Positions 11,526-24,537 of a stretch of 64,000 nt of DNA are shown piece after piece. The notes below the pieces were generated by a model. The model saw nothing but the letters and a program-made list of their open reading frames with translations, was not told the DNA's origin and did not search any database. How positions within the stretch are numbered: the stretch's first letter is position 1; each line of letters starts with the position of its first letter. This stretch comes from Octopus vulgaris (lineage: Eukaryota). The stretch spans positions 1,116,001 through 1,180,000 of the forward strand of contig OX597830.1 of the NCBI GenBank assembly GCA_951406725.2. The letters are read 5' to 3'. Position numbers and translations under genes: made by a program.

Positions 11526-12390
11526 CTCCTCACTAAAACAACCATACTCTCTTCCTTCAGGGGAACCGCTCACAGCCTCTAACAATATCAGAGACCTGGG
11601 TGTAATTGTTGATGACGATCTTAGTTGGAGTGCACACATCAACAAGAAGGTCGATACAGCTCGTAGGATGAGTTCCTGGATCTTAAGAACTTTCCGGTCC
11701 AGAGAACAAGGTGTCATCATACCACTTTTTTCATCCTTTGTACGGCCACTTTGAATACTGCTGCCCACTGTGGTCTCCTCACACAAGACAAAACATCTCC
11801 AGAATTGAGTCACCCCAGAGGGCTCTCACTAAACAAATTGAAGGCATGGCTGCTCTCGACTATTGGGATCGCCTTAAAGCCTTGAAACTTTACTCCCTCC
11901 AGCGTCGCCGTGAGCGGTACATCATTTGTACGATGTGGAAAATATACCGCCAACTTTGCCCAAACGACCTAAACATTAGCTTCAAGGTTCATCCGAGACT
12001 TGGACCACGGGCTATACGTCCCCTGCCAAATTCAAGATCACAACATACATGTACACTGCAACATAATTTCTTTTCCTCAACAGGCCCTGCCCTATTTAAC
12101 ATTGTCCCGAGGGAGATCAAAGAGGAAAAGGATCCCATCAACTTCAAACAGAGTCTGGATAGATTCCTTCAAAGAATACCAGACAAGCCACTCATAATTG
12201 GATACAACTCACCCAACAAGAAGTCACTACTTGAACAAAACTGGATACAACTCACCCAACAAGAACTCACTACTTGAACAAAACTTGACTTAAACAGGAT
12301 TCGAATAATCCTATCAGGTGGTGCTATTAAGTTAGACATGGCCTGGACCAATCTCTGGTCGAAACATATCTAAGTTTTATCTAAGTTTTA
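11526..12390 (+). mobile_element. 5'-truncated CR1/L2-group LINE 3' end in (TA)n (sister subfamily)
   Basis: [23 protein letters not shown] and LKLYSLQRRRERY motifs. Same 3' UTR core, tail (atctaagtttt)x2. Confidence 0.92.
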
Positions 12391-12414
12391 TATATATCTA
12401 TATATATATATATA

Positions 12415-12483
<69 letters not shown>

Positions 12484-12536
12484 ATATATATATCTATATA
12501 TCTATATATATATATACATATCTATATATCTATATA

Positions 12537-12615
<79 letters not shown>

Positions 12616-12620
12616 ATATA

Positions 12621-12681
<61 letters not shown>

Positions 12682-12686
12682 ATATA

Positions 12687-14691
12687 TCGATGCTCCTACT
12701 GAACATCAGAGGACTGCAAACACTCAGTAACAGGACAAAGATCCCGTTCCTGAGAGACTTTGTTGCATGCAATCAAGCCTTATGCATAGCACCTACAGAA
12801 ACGCACCTGAAACCGGACATAGCAGATGCGGAGTTACACATACCACAGTATGCTGTACTACGGACCGACAGGAAAGAAAGGAGTCATGGAGGTGTTGCTA
12901 TGTACATCCGTGAGGACCTCACACCCCAGGTCCTCTTGTCATACTCAAACTCGGTGTGTGACACACTAATTGTACATATTAGGCAACTTGATGTAGTTGT
13001 GTGTGCTACATATCGCCCTCCAGATGCCCCAAGCCATGTGGGCAAGTTTGAAGACTGCCTTATAAAAATAGAAGAAATTCTAACCACATTAGAACAACAC
13101 ATAGGTGTGCTTCTTATGGGAGACTTCAATCTGCCCAATGTCAGATGACCCGAGGGCCTTTCTCTCCCAGGAATGACAAGATGTGAACGAGGACAGGCGA
13201 GGTCCCTCCTGAACCTCATCAACATCCTGTACATGGAGCAGGTAATACTCCAACCAAACAGGGCAGGTAACACACTGGATCTCTGCTTCACAAATGACAT
13301 GGATCTCATCCATAATGTGAAAGTGACACCGACACTACTCTCGGATCACAACATGATAGAGCTGACCATGTACGGGCCAAAAGAGAGCACGGACATGCAG
13401 CCTACAAGAAACCCTCAAAATCTTTCCAGCTTGAACTACCATAAGGCAAACTGGAAACAAATTGAGAAAGAGATCCTCAAACAAAACTGGCCTAAATGTC
13501 TCTCCTTACCAGACATCGACGTGAAACTTCAACAATTCATGTCTGTAATGCAAGCCATATGCTACAAATGTGTCCCAGAGAGAAAGGCCACTGTACACAA
13601 GAACAAAATCCCCAGAGAGAGGAAAATTTTAATGAGACGGCGTACGAAATTTTCAAATCGCCTAAATAAACAGATTGAAAGCAGTGAAAATAAAAAGCCT
13701 AAAAATAAAACTGTTGGAAATCGAAAAATGTCTGCAACTCTCCCATGAAAAAGAAAGAGCAGACAAAGAAGCCTGGCTATAGAAAACATAAAATCTAACC
13801 CCAGAGCTTTCTACAGGTATGCCAAAGAAACAGCTACAGTGCACTGTAGAATAGGGCCACTCCTCGAAAAGGATGGCACACTTACAGGAAAACCAATGAG
13901 GGTAAGTGAAATACTGAATGAGCAATTCAAGAGTGTTTTCACTCCACCCCTTGGGCATCTCCAAATCACCAATCCAACTGACTTTTTTACCACTGCAGAT
14001 ATAAAATCAGAGGCGGCGACGATAGATTACATCGATATAAAGGAAGACGATGTAACCAAGGCTATAGATGAAATGAAAACAGACTCAGCTACTGGCCCCG
14101 ATGGATTCCCGGCAATCCTCCTAAAAGCATGTAAGAGAGTCCTAGCAAGACCACTACAGTTACTCTTTCAGAGCTTCCTTGCAGCTGGCAAACTTCCAGG
14201 AAAACTGAAGGAAGGTAAAATATGCCCCATTCATAAAGGAGGTAGCAGAGCGGAAGCCAAGAACTATAGACCTATCTCTCTGACCTCACACATCAGCAAG
14301 GTCATGGAACGAATAGTCAGAAGGAAGCTGATCACCTTCCTTGAAGAGAATGACTTGCTGCCCGACACCCAACATGGTTTCCGACCAGGGAGAAGCTGTT
14401 TAACTCAGCTCCTACAACACTATGACTGGGTGCTGAAACGGCTGCTCAACCACTCAAATGTGGAAGTGATATATCTCGACTTTGCAAAGGCCTTTGATAA
14501 AGTCGATCATGGAATGATATGTCACAAACTGCGTGATCTCAACATAGTTGGAAAACTGGGAGAATGGCTTCATGACTTTCTAAAAGATAGAAATCAGGTG
14601 GTAGTGAAACCAAGTAGCAACACCAAATGGCGGTGCCCCAGCAAGGCCACAGCTCATAAGCTGAAACTAGAATCAATCAATCAATCAATCA

Positions 14692-14695
<4 letters not shown>
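12687..14695 (+). mobile_element. CR1/L2-group LINE ORF2 fragment (APE endonuclease + RT N-half) fused to a short 3' tail
   Basis: [36 protein letters not shown] and SDH (APE). NYRPISLTSH and YLDFAKAFDKVDH (RT). Breaks at ~14605 into tail ggcggtgccccagcaaggccacagctc..gctgaaac(aatc)n. Confidence 0.93.
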
Positions 14696-14744
<49 letters not shown>

Positions 14745-14876
14745 TTATATATACATATATATAGATAGATTTATATATATATATATATATAGATTTATAT
14801 ATATATATATAGATATATATATATATTATATATATAGATATATATATATATTTATATATCTATATATACGTATATA

Positions 14877-14939
<63 letters not shown>

Positions 14940-15945
14940 ATATATATATATATATATATAGATTTGTAGCATATGGCTTGCATTACAGACATGAATTGTT
15001 GAAGTTTCACGTCGATGTCTGGCGAGGAGAGACATTTAGGCCAGTTTTGTTTGAGGATCTCTTTCTCAATTTGTTTCCAGTTTGCCTTATGGTAGTTCAA
15101 GCTGGAAAGATTCTGGGGGTTTCTTGTAGGCTGCATGTCCGTGCTCTCTTTTGGCCCGTACATGGTCAGCTCTATCATGTTGTGATCCGAGTGTAGTGTC
15201 GGTGTCACTTTCACATTATGGATGAGATCCATGTCATTTGTGAAGCAGAGATCCAGTGTGTTACCTGGTTGGTTGGAGTATTACCTGCTCCATGTAAAGG
15301 GTGTTGATGAGGTTCAGGAGGGACCTCGCCTGTCCTCGTTCACATCTTGTCATTCCTGGGAGAGAAAGGCCCTCGGGCAATCTGACATCGGGCAGGTTGA
15401 AGTCTCCCATAAGAAGTACACTTATGTGTTGTTCTAATGTGGTTAGAACTTCTATTTTTATAAGGCAGTCTTCAAACTTGCCCACATGGCTTGGGGCATC
15501 TGGAGGGCGATATGTAGCACACACAACTACATCAAGTTGCCTAATATGTAAAATTAGTGTGTCACACACCGAGTTTGAGTATGACAAGAGGACCTGGGGT
15601 GTGAGGTCCTCACGGATGTACATAGCAACTCCTCCATGACTCCTTTCTTTCCTGTCGGTCCGTAGTACAGCATACTGTGGTATGTGTAAATCCGCATCTG
15701 CTATGTCCGGTTTCAGGTGCGTTTCCGTTAGTGCTATGCATAAGGCTTGATTGCATGCAACAAAATCTCTCAGGAACGGGATTTTTGTCCTGTTACTGAG
15801 TGTTTGCAGTCCTCTGATGTTCAGTAGGAGCATCGAGGTGAGGTGTACGTTGTTGCCGGTGGTGTCCATCCTGGGTCTGTTTGCTGTGGTGGTCTGGTAT
15901 ATAGTGGGTAGTCTCACCTTCGGGCTTGGGTTTGATGAAGCCAGG

Positions 15946-16725
15946 TCAGCTGCTGTACAATCTTTTGTGCCATGCACAAAAAGATTGTTGCTCAGCAGCT
16001 GCCCTTTCGACAACATCATGTTGGTGGTTTGTGGCACGCACAACATCTGCGTACCTCCGCTTTGGGGCAAGTGGTGCGTGGTCCATCCCTTTTCCTTGTG
16101 TTGATGGCTTATCCATCTGCCTCGTGTCTCTGTGGCAGGGTCCCCGATGTGCAAAGCGGCAGCCTGCGCCTTTCTTTCCATGCCAGCAGGAACCTCTCAG
16201 GTAGAACCTACACACCCGTGTGCGCTGTTTGTTTCCTTCTTTTGCGGTTCCACTTCTATTCCTGATTCTTTCACCCTTTGGTCCTGCTTGAGCTTTTCCT
16301 TTAGCTCTACCAGCCCTTCTTTTAGTTCTTCCTCCTCCCTCTACCTCTTCACCGGGTTCTCCGTCTCCATGGCCTTTGCTGCCGGTTGGAGAACTTGCAC
16401 CTGGGTTCACTTCCCGGGCAGGTTTCTCATTCAAAACCTCCTCCCGGGCATCCACAAGGTGGGGGTGACTTCTTTCATCGTCTCCATTCTTGCCATCTTT
16501 GCCCCGCTCGTTCTCAAAGATGGCATCAATTGCGCCAATGTGCGACCGTATAAGCGCATATGAGCGCACGAATTCCCGTCTCTTTCGCTCCATCTGAGCC
16601 GCTGTCCTCTTGTAGCCTTTGCTCTTCAGCGCAGCCGCAATCACTTCGCTAGGGCTATCTCCGTCGGCGCACGTCCATGCTCGTACGAATAAATCTAGTT
16701 CGTCAGGTCTCCATGCTCTGGACAT
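15946..16725 (-). CDS. LINE ORF1 protein, 259 aa: N-terminal Myb/SANT-like (trihelix) domain, charged linker, CCCH zinc finger
   Basis: W-x3-E..F..AW....IA..L...GYKRTAAQMERK...F...Y pattern; CRFYLRGSCWHGKKGAGCRFAH; YADVV motif. Lies directly upstream of the APE ORF. Confidence 0.72.
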   Translation of the reverse strand: MSRAWRPDELDLFVRAWTCADGDSPSEVIAAALKSKGYKRTAAQMERKRREFVRSYALIRSHIGAIDAIFENERGKDGKNGDDERSHPHLVDAREEVLNEKPAREVNPGASSPTGSKGHGDGEPGEEVEGGGRTKRRAGRAKGKAQAGPKGERIRNRSGTAKEGNKQRTRVCRFYLRGSCWHGKKGAGCRFAHRGPCHRDTRQMDKPSTQGKGMDHAPLAPKRRYADVVRATNHQHDVVERAAAEQQSFCAWHKRLYSS

Positions 16726-16784
16726 GCTGGATGATCTGTCTATTTGTTTATCTATCTAACTATGTTCGAGAGAAGACAAGAAGA

Positions 16785-17470
16785 TATTAAGGCTAATTAG
16801 AAGATAGAGTATTTGCAAAAAAAAAAAAAAAAATATTAACAAATATTAAAGTTTGTGGGTAAAAACGTTATTTAATCTTAAGGCTAATTAGGAGATAGAG
16901 TATCTGAAAATATATTAGCAATATTAATATTATATTAGAGTGTGGGTAAAAACGTTATTTAATCTTAAGGCTAGTTAGATGATAGAGTATTATTAATATT
17001 AACAGTATTAATGTTTGTGGGTAAAAACGTTATTTAATATTAGGCTAATTAGGAGATAGAGTATCTGAAAATATGTTAACAATATTACAATTATATTAAG
17101 TGTGGGTAAAAATCGCTATTTAATCTTAAGGCTAATTAGAAGATAGAGTATTCAAAAATATATTAAAGTGTGGGTGAAAAAGTTAAAGTGTGGGTAAAAA
17201 CGTTATTTAATCTTAAGGCTAATTAGAGGATAGAGTATCTGAAAATATATTAACAAATATTTAAAAATGTGGGTAAAATGGCTAATTAGAAAGATATTAG
17301 AATGTGGGTAAAGAATTAGATGTTAAAGTGTGGGTAAAAACGTTGTTTATTCTTAAGGCTAATTAGAAGATAGAGTATCTGAAAAATTATTAACAATGTT
17401 AAACAATATTAAACAGTATTAAACGTTATTTAATCTTAAGGCTAATTAGAAGATGGAGTATCTGAAAGAG
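16785..17470. repeat. Degenerate ~60-95 bp tandem repeat (about 8 units) in the LINE 5' UTR
   Basis: Recurring taaggctaattag(a/g)agatagagtat ... gtgggtaaaaacgttatttaatct. Confidence 0.85.
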
Positions 17471-18203
17471 GAGAGATGGGAGGGTAAGAAAGAGGGGAAA
17501 GATTAATTATCTATCTAAAGTTCGTGAAAGTTCACGTCCATGCATATATACGCACACATATATACATACACGCACACACACATACATACACGTGCACACA
17601 CATACACATATACACAGACGGGGAGAGAAGGAAGGTGGAAAAAAAGAAAGAAAATGAGTGAAAATATATTAAAATATATATATATTTTAAAATGTGAAGA
17701 AAGGGTTATTTAATTCTGAAGCCAATTTCCGCCTTCGAGACAGTTATTTAAATGTAAACAAAACAAAAAATGATGACGATCGTAAAATTTAACGGAGATG
17801 TGGGCTTAAGTTAAATGGAATAAAATAGGATAATAAACAGAATATGAAATAGAAGATGAAAGTGATACTTAATCCAACAATGTGGTCTGGATTTTTCGTG
17901 GTTTACGGGGTTATTTTCCAGGAGATGTTTCTTTTTCCTTCTTCTAGGAGATAAGTTACTTCAGTGGATTTTTTTCCACCATGTGCGTTTTCGGTGAAAA
18001 GAAAAAATTATTACTGTATTTGGCTTCAGGCAAAATATATTACGTTCTTGATTAATATATTTGTAGCCGAAGTGTTGTAGTGGGCTTTATGAGTTGAATT
18101 GGTGACTTTCAGTAGATTATTTCACCGATTTATGCACACTTTCTGCCTTTTTTAAACAGAAAAAAGGCGATACACGACTCTCCCTGTCGGAACCGGAAAT
18201 ACG

Positions 18204-18235
<32 letters not shown>

Positions 18236-18359
18236 TATATATATATATAAATCTATATATATATATACATAAATCTACCTATATATATGTATATATATAT
18301 ATCTACATAAATCTATCTATATATATGTATATATATATATATATAAATCTATCTATCTA

Positions 18360-18412
<53 letters not shown>

Positions 18413-18577
18413 ATATATATATATATCTATCTATATATATATATATATATATATATCTATACATATATATATATATCTATACATATATATCTATACATAT
18501 ATCTGTACATATATATATATATCTATACATATATATATATATCTATACATATATATCTATATCTATATATATATCTA

Positions 18578-18806
<229 letters not shown>

Positions 18807-18886
18807 ATATATATCTATATATCTATATATATCTATATATATATATATATATATATATCTATATATCTATATATCTATATATCTAT

Positions 18887-18971
<85 letters not shown>

Positions 18972-19248
18972 CATATATATCTATATATATATATCTATAT
19001 ATATCTATATATACATATCTATATATATATCTATATATATATCTATATATATCTATCTATATATATATATACACATATATAACTATATATATATATCTAT
19101 ATATATATATCTATATATCTATATATATATATATATATATATATATTCATCTCTCTCTATATATATATCTATATATATATCTATCTATATATCTATCTAT
19201 CTATCTATCTATCTATATATATATATATATATATATATCTATACTATA

Positions 19249-19660
<412 letters not shown>

Positions 19661-19662
<2 letters not shown>

Positions 19663-19991
19663 TTTCATTCACACTTTGAATTTGGTGGTACTGGTCATGC
19701 TTTGGCTCGCTCTGTCACTGAGTTGAGATAATGCCTTCTAGTATCTCAAAATTTAATATACAATTATTCATAATTGTAGTATCCTGCGCCGATGAGAAAA
19801 GAAGTTTGGGTAAGGTAGAATTTTCTAATTCTTATGCTTTCCTAAAACTTGATTTCGAAACGTACGTCCGTAGGTAACTTAAAATTGTATTGATAGATTG
19901 CCGTCATTTCATTATTTCTTTCTTACCTGTCTGTGTTTGCCTTTCAAGTGCTGTGTTTTTACTGAGATCCCCCTTTTAGTAGAAGGAATAG

Positions 19992-19993
<2 letters not shown>
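19661..19993 (+). mobile_element. Non-coding hammerhead-bearing element E (~330 bp) in (TA)n
   Basis: Unique island between TA tracts containing the HHR at 19783-19874. Confidence 0.72.
19783..19874 (+). ncRNA. Type I hammerhead ribozyme motif with ~60-nt extended helix II (element E), U4C core variant
   Basis: CCUGCG-CCGAUGA-GAAA[..aaguuu..agaauu uucu aauucu..aaacuu..]UUUC-GAAAC-GUAC-GUC/CGUAGG. It has a 6-bp helix I and a palindromic helix III (ACGUACGU). Confidence 0.85.
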
Positions 19994-20027
<34 letters not shown>

Positions 20028-20030
<3 letters not shown>

Positions 20031-20929
20031 GACAACAACATGCAGTTTAATGCAGGTAAGTTCCAGGCCCTGCGCTACTGGCACACAAAGGTAAATGACG
20101 TGAAGACTGGATACACTGGTCCAGGAAGAATTGCAATCCCTGAGTCAAAATCAGTGCGTGACCTGGGCATTGACATGAGCAATGATGCATCTTTCCAAAT
20201 GCATATTGCTAATCTGGTGATAAAATGCAGACGGCTAGCTGGATGGATTCTCCGAACTTTCAGAACAAGAGAGAAGGAGACACTGATGGTCCTATGGAAA
20301 ACATTTGTCCTCAGCCGCTTGGACTACTGCTCACAACTTTGGTCACCACACAATATAAAACAAACAGCAGAACTCGAAGCAACTCAGAGAAGCTACACAA
20401 AGAAAATCGTCTCAATGCAAAATGTCAGCTACTGGGAAAGACTGAAGGTATTAAACCTCTTCTCCCTGGAGCGGAGGCGGGAGAGATATGCAGTGATATA
20501 CATCTGGAAAATCCTGGAGGGTCTTGTCCCAAACTTTGGCATTCAAAGTAACTCCAACCGCAGAACGGGCGCCGCTGCGTGGTGCCAAGGATTCCAACAT
20601 CACCATCAAAATACAGGTCCAGATACTGCAACAGCTTGGGTTTCAGAGGACCACAGCTCTTTAACATCCTCCCTAAATGCCTGAGAGACTTACATGGTGT
20701 GGATGTGGGTTTCTTTAAAACTAAACTGGATCTCTTCTTGTTGGGAGTCCCAGATGAACCTACCTCACGACAGGAGACACGGATGCGGGCAGCAGCATCG
20801 AACTCCCTTGTTGATCAAGTGCCACGTATCAGAGGTGGATTCACAAACTAGTGTAGCTCATTCAGCGGTGGTGCCCCAGCATGGCCGCGGCCTTCGGGCT
20901 AAAACATTTTTAAGGATTTAAGGATTTAT
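20028..20929 (+). mobile_element. 5'-truncated CR1/L2-group LINE 3' end in (TA)n (third subfamily)
   Basis: MQFNAGKF, VRDLGI, SRLDYCSQLWSP and FSLERRRERYAVIYIWKILEG motifs. Tail ggtggtgccccagcatggccgc.. (tttaagga)x2. Confidence 0.92.
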
Positions 20930-20958
20930 ATCTATATATATATATCTATATATATACA

Positions 20959-21023
<65 letters not shown>

Positions 21024-21064
21024 ATATCTATATATATATCTATATCTATATATATATCTATATA

Positions 21065-21199
<135 letters not shown>

Positions 21200-21464
21200 A
21201 TATATATATATATCTATATATATCTATATCTATATATATATATATATCTATATCTATCTATATATATATCTATATCTATATCTATATATCTATATATATA
21301 TAGTGACGTATTTTTGCCATTTCAATATGGCTAACCCTAAGGGTGGATGCTACAGTAGTTTTAGCCCCAGGAGGACACACTCCTCCAGCTGGCCATAGAC
21401 ACACTATCTGTGTCCTGTCAGTATTTGCAAGGGAAGTCATCCTTCCCGTCTTCAACTTATGATA

Positions 21465-21509
21465 CACACGGACTCGAGTTTCGAGGTATTGACCTCTCGT
21501 CAGCGTGTG
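21465..21509 (-). ncRNA. Type I hammerhead ribozyme (element F, left arm)
   Basis: Reverse complement of 21645-21689. Confidence 0.9.
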
Positions 21510-21644
21510 ACAATCATAGTTGTCGCCGAGAATTAGATTTCCTTCACAAATACTTATACTTTTTCCAGCGTCCACTGTCGCTGATATTGAAAAAGTATAA
21601 GTATTTGTGAAGGAAATCTAATTCTCGGCGACAACTATGATTGT

Positions 21645-21689
21645 CACACGCTGACGAGAGGTCAATACCTCGAAACTCGAGTCCGTGTG
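21645..21689 (+). ncRNA. Type I hammerhead ribozyme (element F, right arm), fully canonical core
   Basis: CACACG-CUGACGA-GAGG ucaaua CCUC-GAAAC-UCGA-GUC/CGUGUG. Helix I extends through an internal loop (aacuaugau-ugu / u-aucauaaguu; 21633-21700). Confidence 0.92.
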
Positions 21690-21909
21690 TATCATAAGTT
21701 GAAGACGGGAAGGATGACTTCCCTTTGCAAATACTGACAGGACACAGATAGTGTGTCTATGGCCAGCTGGAGGAGTGTGTCCTCCTGGGGCTAAAAACTA
21801 CTGTAGCATCCACCCTTAGGTGTTAGCCATATTGAAATGGCAAAAATACGTCACGATGTGTTACCGCTACTGTATATAACTCACTTTGATATTTATCATT
21901 ATATATATA

Positions 21910-21950
<41 letters not shown>

Positions 21951-21975
21951 CTATATATATATATCTATATATATA

Positions 21976-22014
<39 letters not shown>

Positions 22015-22081
22015 ATATGTATCTATCTATATATATATATATATAAACACACACACAAACACACATATAAATAAGTATATG

Positions 22082-22135
<54 letters not shown>

Positions 22136-22137
<2 letters not shown>

Positions 22138-22999
22138 GGGTGCGGTGAACCAATTGTCACCTAAATTACGCAGAATTGGATTAACACTGACATCTCGTGT
22201 TAGCAGATATGTTTACCAAAGTTAAATAAAGATATTTTGAAATACGAAATATAAAATGTTTTTGTTTTAAAAATCGCCATTGGCATGAACTGCAGACATC
22301 AGACGAATTCGGGATCTCCTACAACTCTTCTGGCTGGTCTTCTTGTTTATGTTGTTGAATGCTACCATAATCCTTGCCTTCTGTTCATCTTCGGTGTTAC
22401 AGGGAATTTTGAAGATGTCTCGCTCTACTGTGTTTAAAATATAATAATCAAGGATGCTGCAGTCTGGGAAGTTAGGTAGCCAGATGCTAGGGGTGATGTG
22501 GTTACAGAAATTGTCTGACAGCCATGACTGGGTTCTCCTGCTGGCGTGGTATGGTGCAGACATGGGGGACATCCAGTCGCCACCCTCTTCACCTAGGGTA
22601 GCACTACATTCTCCAGGCAGTTGATGTAGGCCTCTGTGTTGAGTCCGAGGCTATGTAGGAAGATGGAGGCATAATGCCACCATCAATAGTGATCACTTCA
22701 AACACCATGATGTTGACAGGATGTTTGATTTTTATCACTTTCGGTGCATCTCCTTAGATTGTACTGTCCTCAGATTGGCCCCAAGCACTATGAAATATTC
22801 GTATTGGAGCTTCCAGCATAAATGCCAAGCAGTACAGCATGCTGTTTCCAAGTTTCTGGCTGAGTGAATTGAGTCATGTTGCTTTTTTTGCTCTCAGAAG
22901 GTGCCCAGCTGATCCTACAACACCGTGTAGTCGACAAAATCAAAAACAAACAAAAATTAAAAACATGGAATGGTGACGATTTATCCATCGCATCCTCTA
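22136..22999 (-). mobile_element. Internally deleted Tc1/mariner element, probably DD37D (maT)-type
   Basis: SAPYHASRRTQSWL...WLPNFPDCSILDYY resembles WPPNSPDLNPLDY, with 37 residues between the inferred second and third acidic positions. Degenerate TIRs taagggtgcggtgaaccaattgtcacc / ggtgacgatttatccatcgcatcctcta. Confidence 0.78.
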
Positions 23000-23689
23000 C
23001 AGAGAGAGAGAGAGAGGGGGGAGAGATGGAGAGATAAGGGTGACCTCCATACTACAAGTAAGTGTCCAGTAAAATATATTTCATTTTCAAAATTTAGTAG
23101 ACTCTACAAAATGTTCTGGACCATTCTTGTCACTGCCAATAAATGAAACCACGGAATTTGCAAATAACAGAACCATTTCGTTCGGTATTTGTGTGCGTTC
23201 TTGTTCAATATCTGCCTCAATTCGCTGACTGTTGCGAGTTATCTAGCGTAAATTTTGACTTTTTAAATATTCCTATGAAAAACCATTTTGTGGTGTGACG
23301 TTTTATAAACATGAAGGTATTCTAATGAGCTTCTTTCGCCCAAGCCATCTGTCTGGCAAAATCTGGTCGAGGTAAGCAGTTACACTACCTTCAAAACAGA
23401 ATGTCTATGTTAGTTCCTTAGCCGTTAAGTCGTACCATTCTGCAACTTCTTGTAAACATGCTGTTCCATGATTGTCAGATGCCATTTACTTTCAATGTAG
23501 CCGCATCACAGCAAACAGTCTTTGTTGGAAAATGGGCATATTCTACACATCTTGCCAAGTAAACTTCCGCTTATTCGTTCTGGTTCATTTTCAATGATTG
23601 CATACGTATTCTGAGAAAACAACTTTTCTAACGACATCGCTCCAAAATGTGATGGTCGACTGATTTTCAGATTCCCTTCTCACGACTCG

Positions 23690-24150
23690 CTTGCCGTACA
23701 CATTTGATACAGTGGATCACAAAATCCTGCCGAAGAAGCTGTCCAACATTGGAATCTGTGGAAAGCTGCAGTGGATAAAGTGTTTCCTCACGAACAGAAC
23801 CCAACATGTGCTTGAGGGAATACAATCCAGTTCAGCCGAAGTCAGTATTAGGGACCCGCAAGGTACTGTGTTGGGCCCACTCCTCTTCATTATTTACATC
23901 AAAGACATAGTAAATGCCATCAAACATGCTACATTGAAAATCTTTGTGGATGATTCCAAACACCAGAAATCCATAAACGGAATGCTTCCTGTCAGATCTG
24001 TTTGCTTATTGTCCAATGGGCGGAAAAAAGCCCATTTTAAATGAAGATAAGTTTGATTTGATCCACTTTTGGAAAGATGAAACTCTGAAATTACCATATG
24101 CTCTTCCCTCGGACGACTCCCTAGTGTCATCCAACAACATCAGAGCCCTT
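23690..24150 (+). mobile_element. Old degenerate CR1/L2-group LINE RT fragment
   Basis: FDTVDHKIL, PQGTVLGPLLFIIYI and FVDDSK motifs. Confidence 0.85.
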
Positions 24151-24537
24151 GTGTAATATCCACTTTATTTGCATGTATATACTTGCCCGGGTTACTTTTC
24201 TCATGTATATCCTGGCCCGTGTTAGTTTTGCTCTTACAGCGCTCAGAACTACAAACGCATATAAACTCTGTATATACGTATATGAACATGCTCAAACATT
24301 CTACAAGACTCTGCACCCCTACTGACATTACAACTTTCTGCTATAAATTTATCTTGAAATCGGTACACGCAAACACACATGCACACATACAGGTGCAAAC
24401 GAAGAAAGATACTCACACAAGCACAGTTATTTATATTTTTACAGATACGCCGAACTCAGCTCAGAACGTGCGTAAGAGACGTTCAAACATACACACTCTG
24501 GCTCACAAATACGCACATGTATATCGATCCACACAGA

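Larger units (their letters stand above)
14961..18202 (-). mobile_element. 5' part of the same LINE family: 5' UTR with tandem repeats, ORF1, APE domain; 3' truncated at (TA)n
   Basis: 14961-15835 is a near-identical reverse complement of 12687-13568. ORF1 lies upstream. The element begins next to (TA)n at ~18202. Confidence 0.88.
21303..21900. mobile_element. Non-coding fold-back element F: ~263-bp inverted arms (21303-21565 / 21589-21854), 23-bp spacer, one hammerhead per arm, in (TA)n
   Basis: Arms are near-perfect reverse complements with about 3 single-base indels. The right side extends ~45 bp further before (TA)n. Confidence 0.9.
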
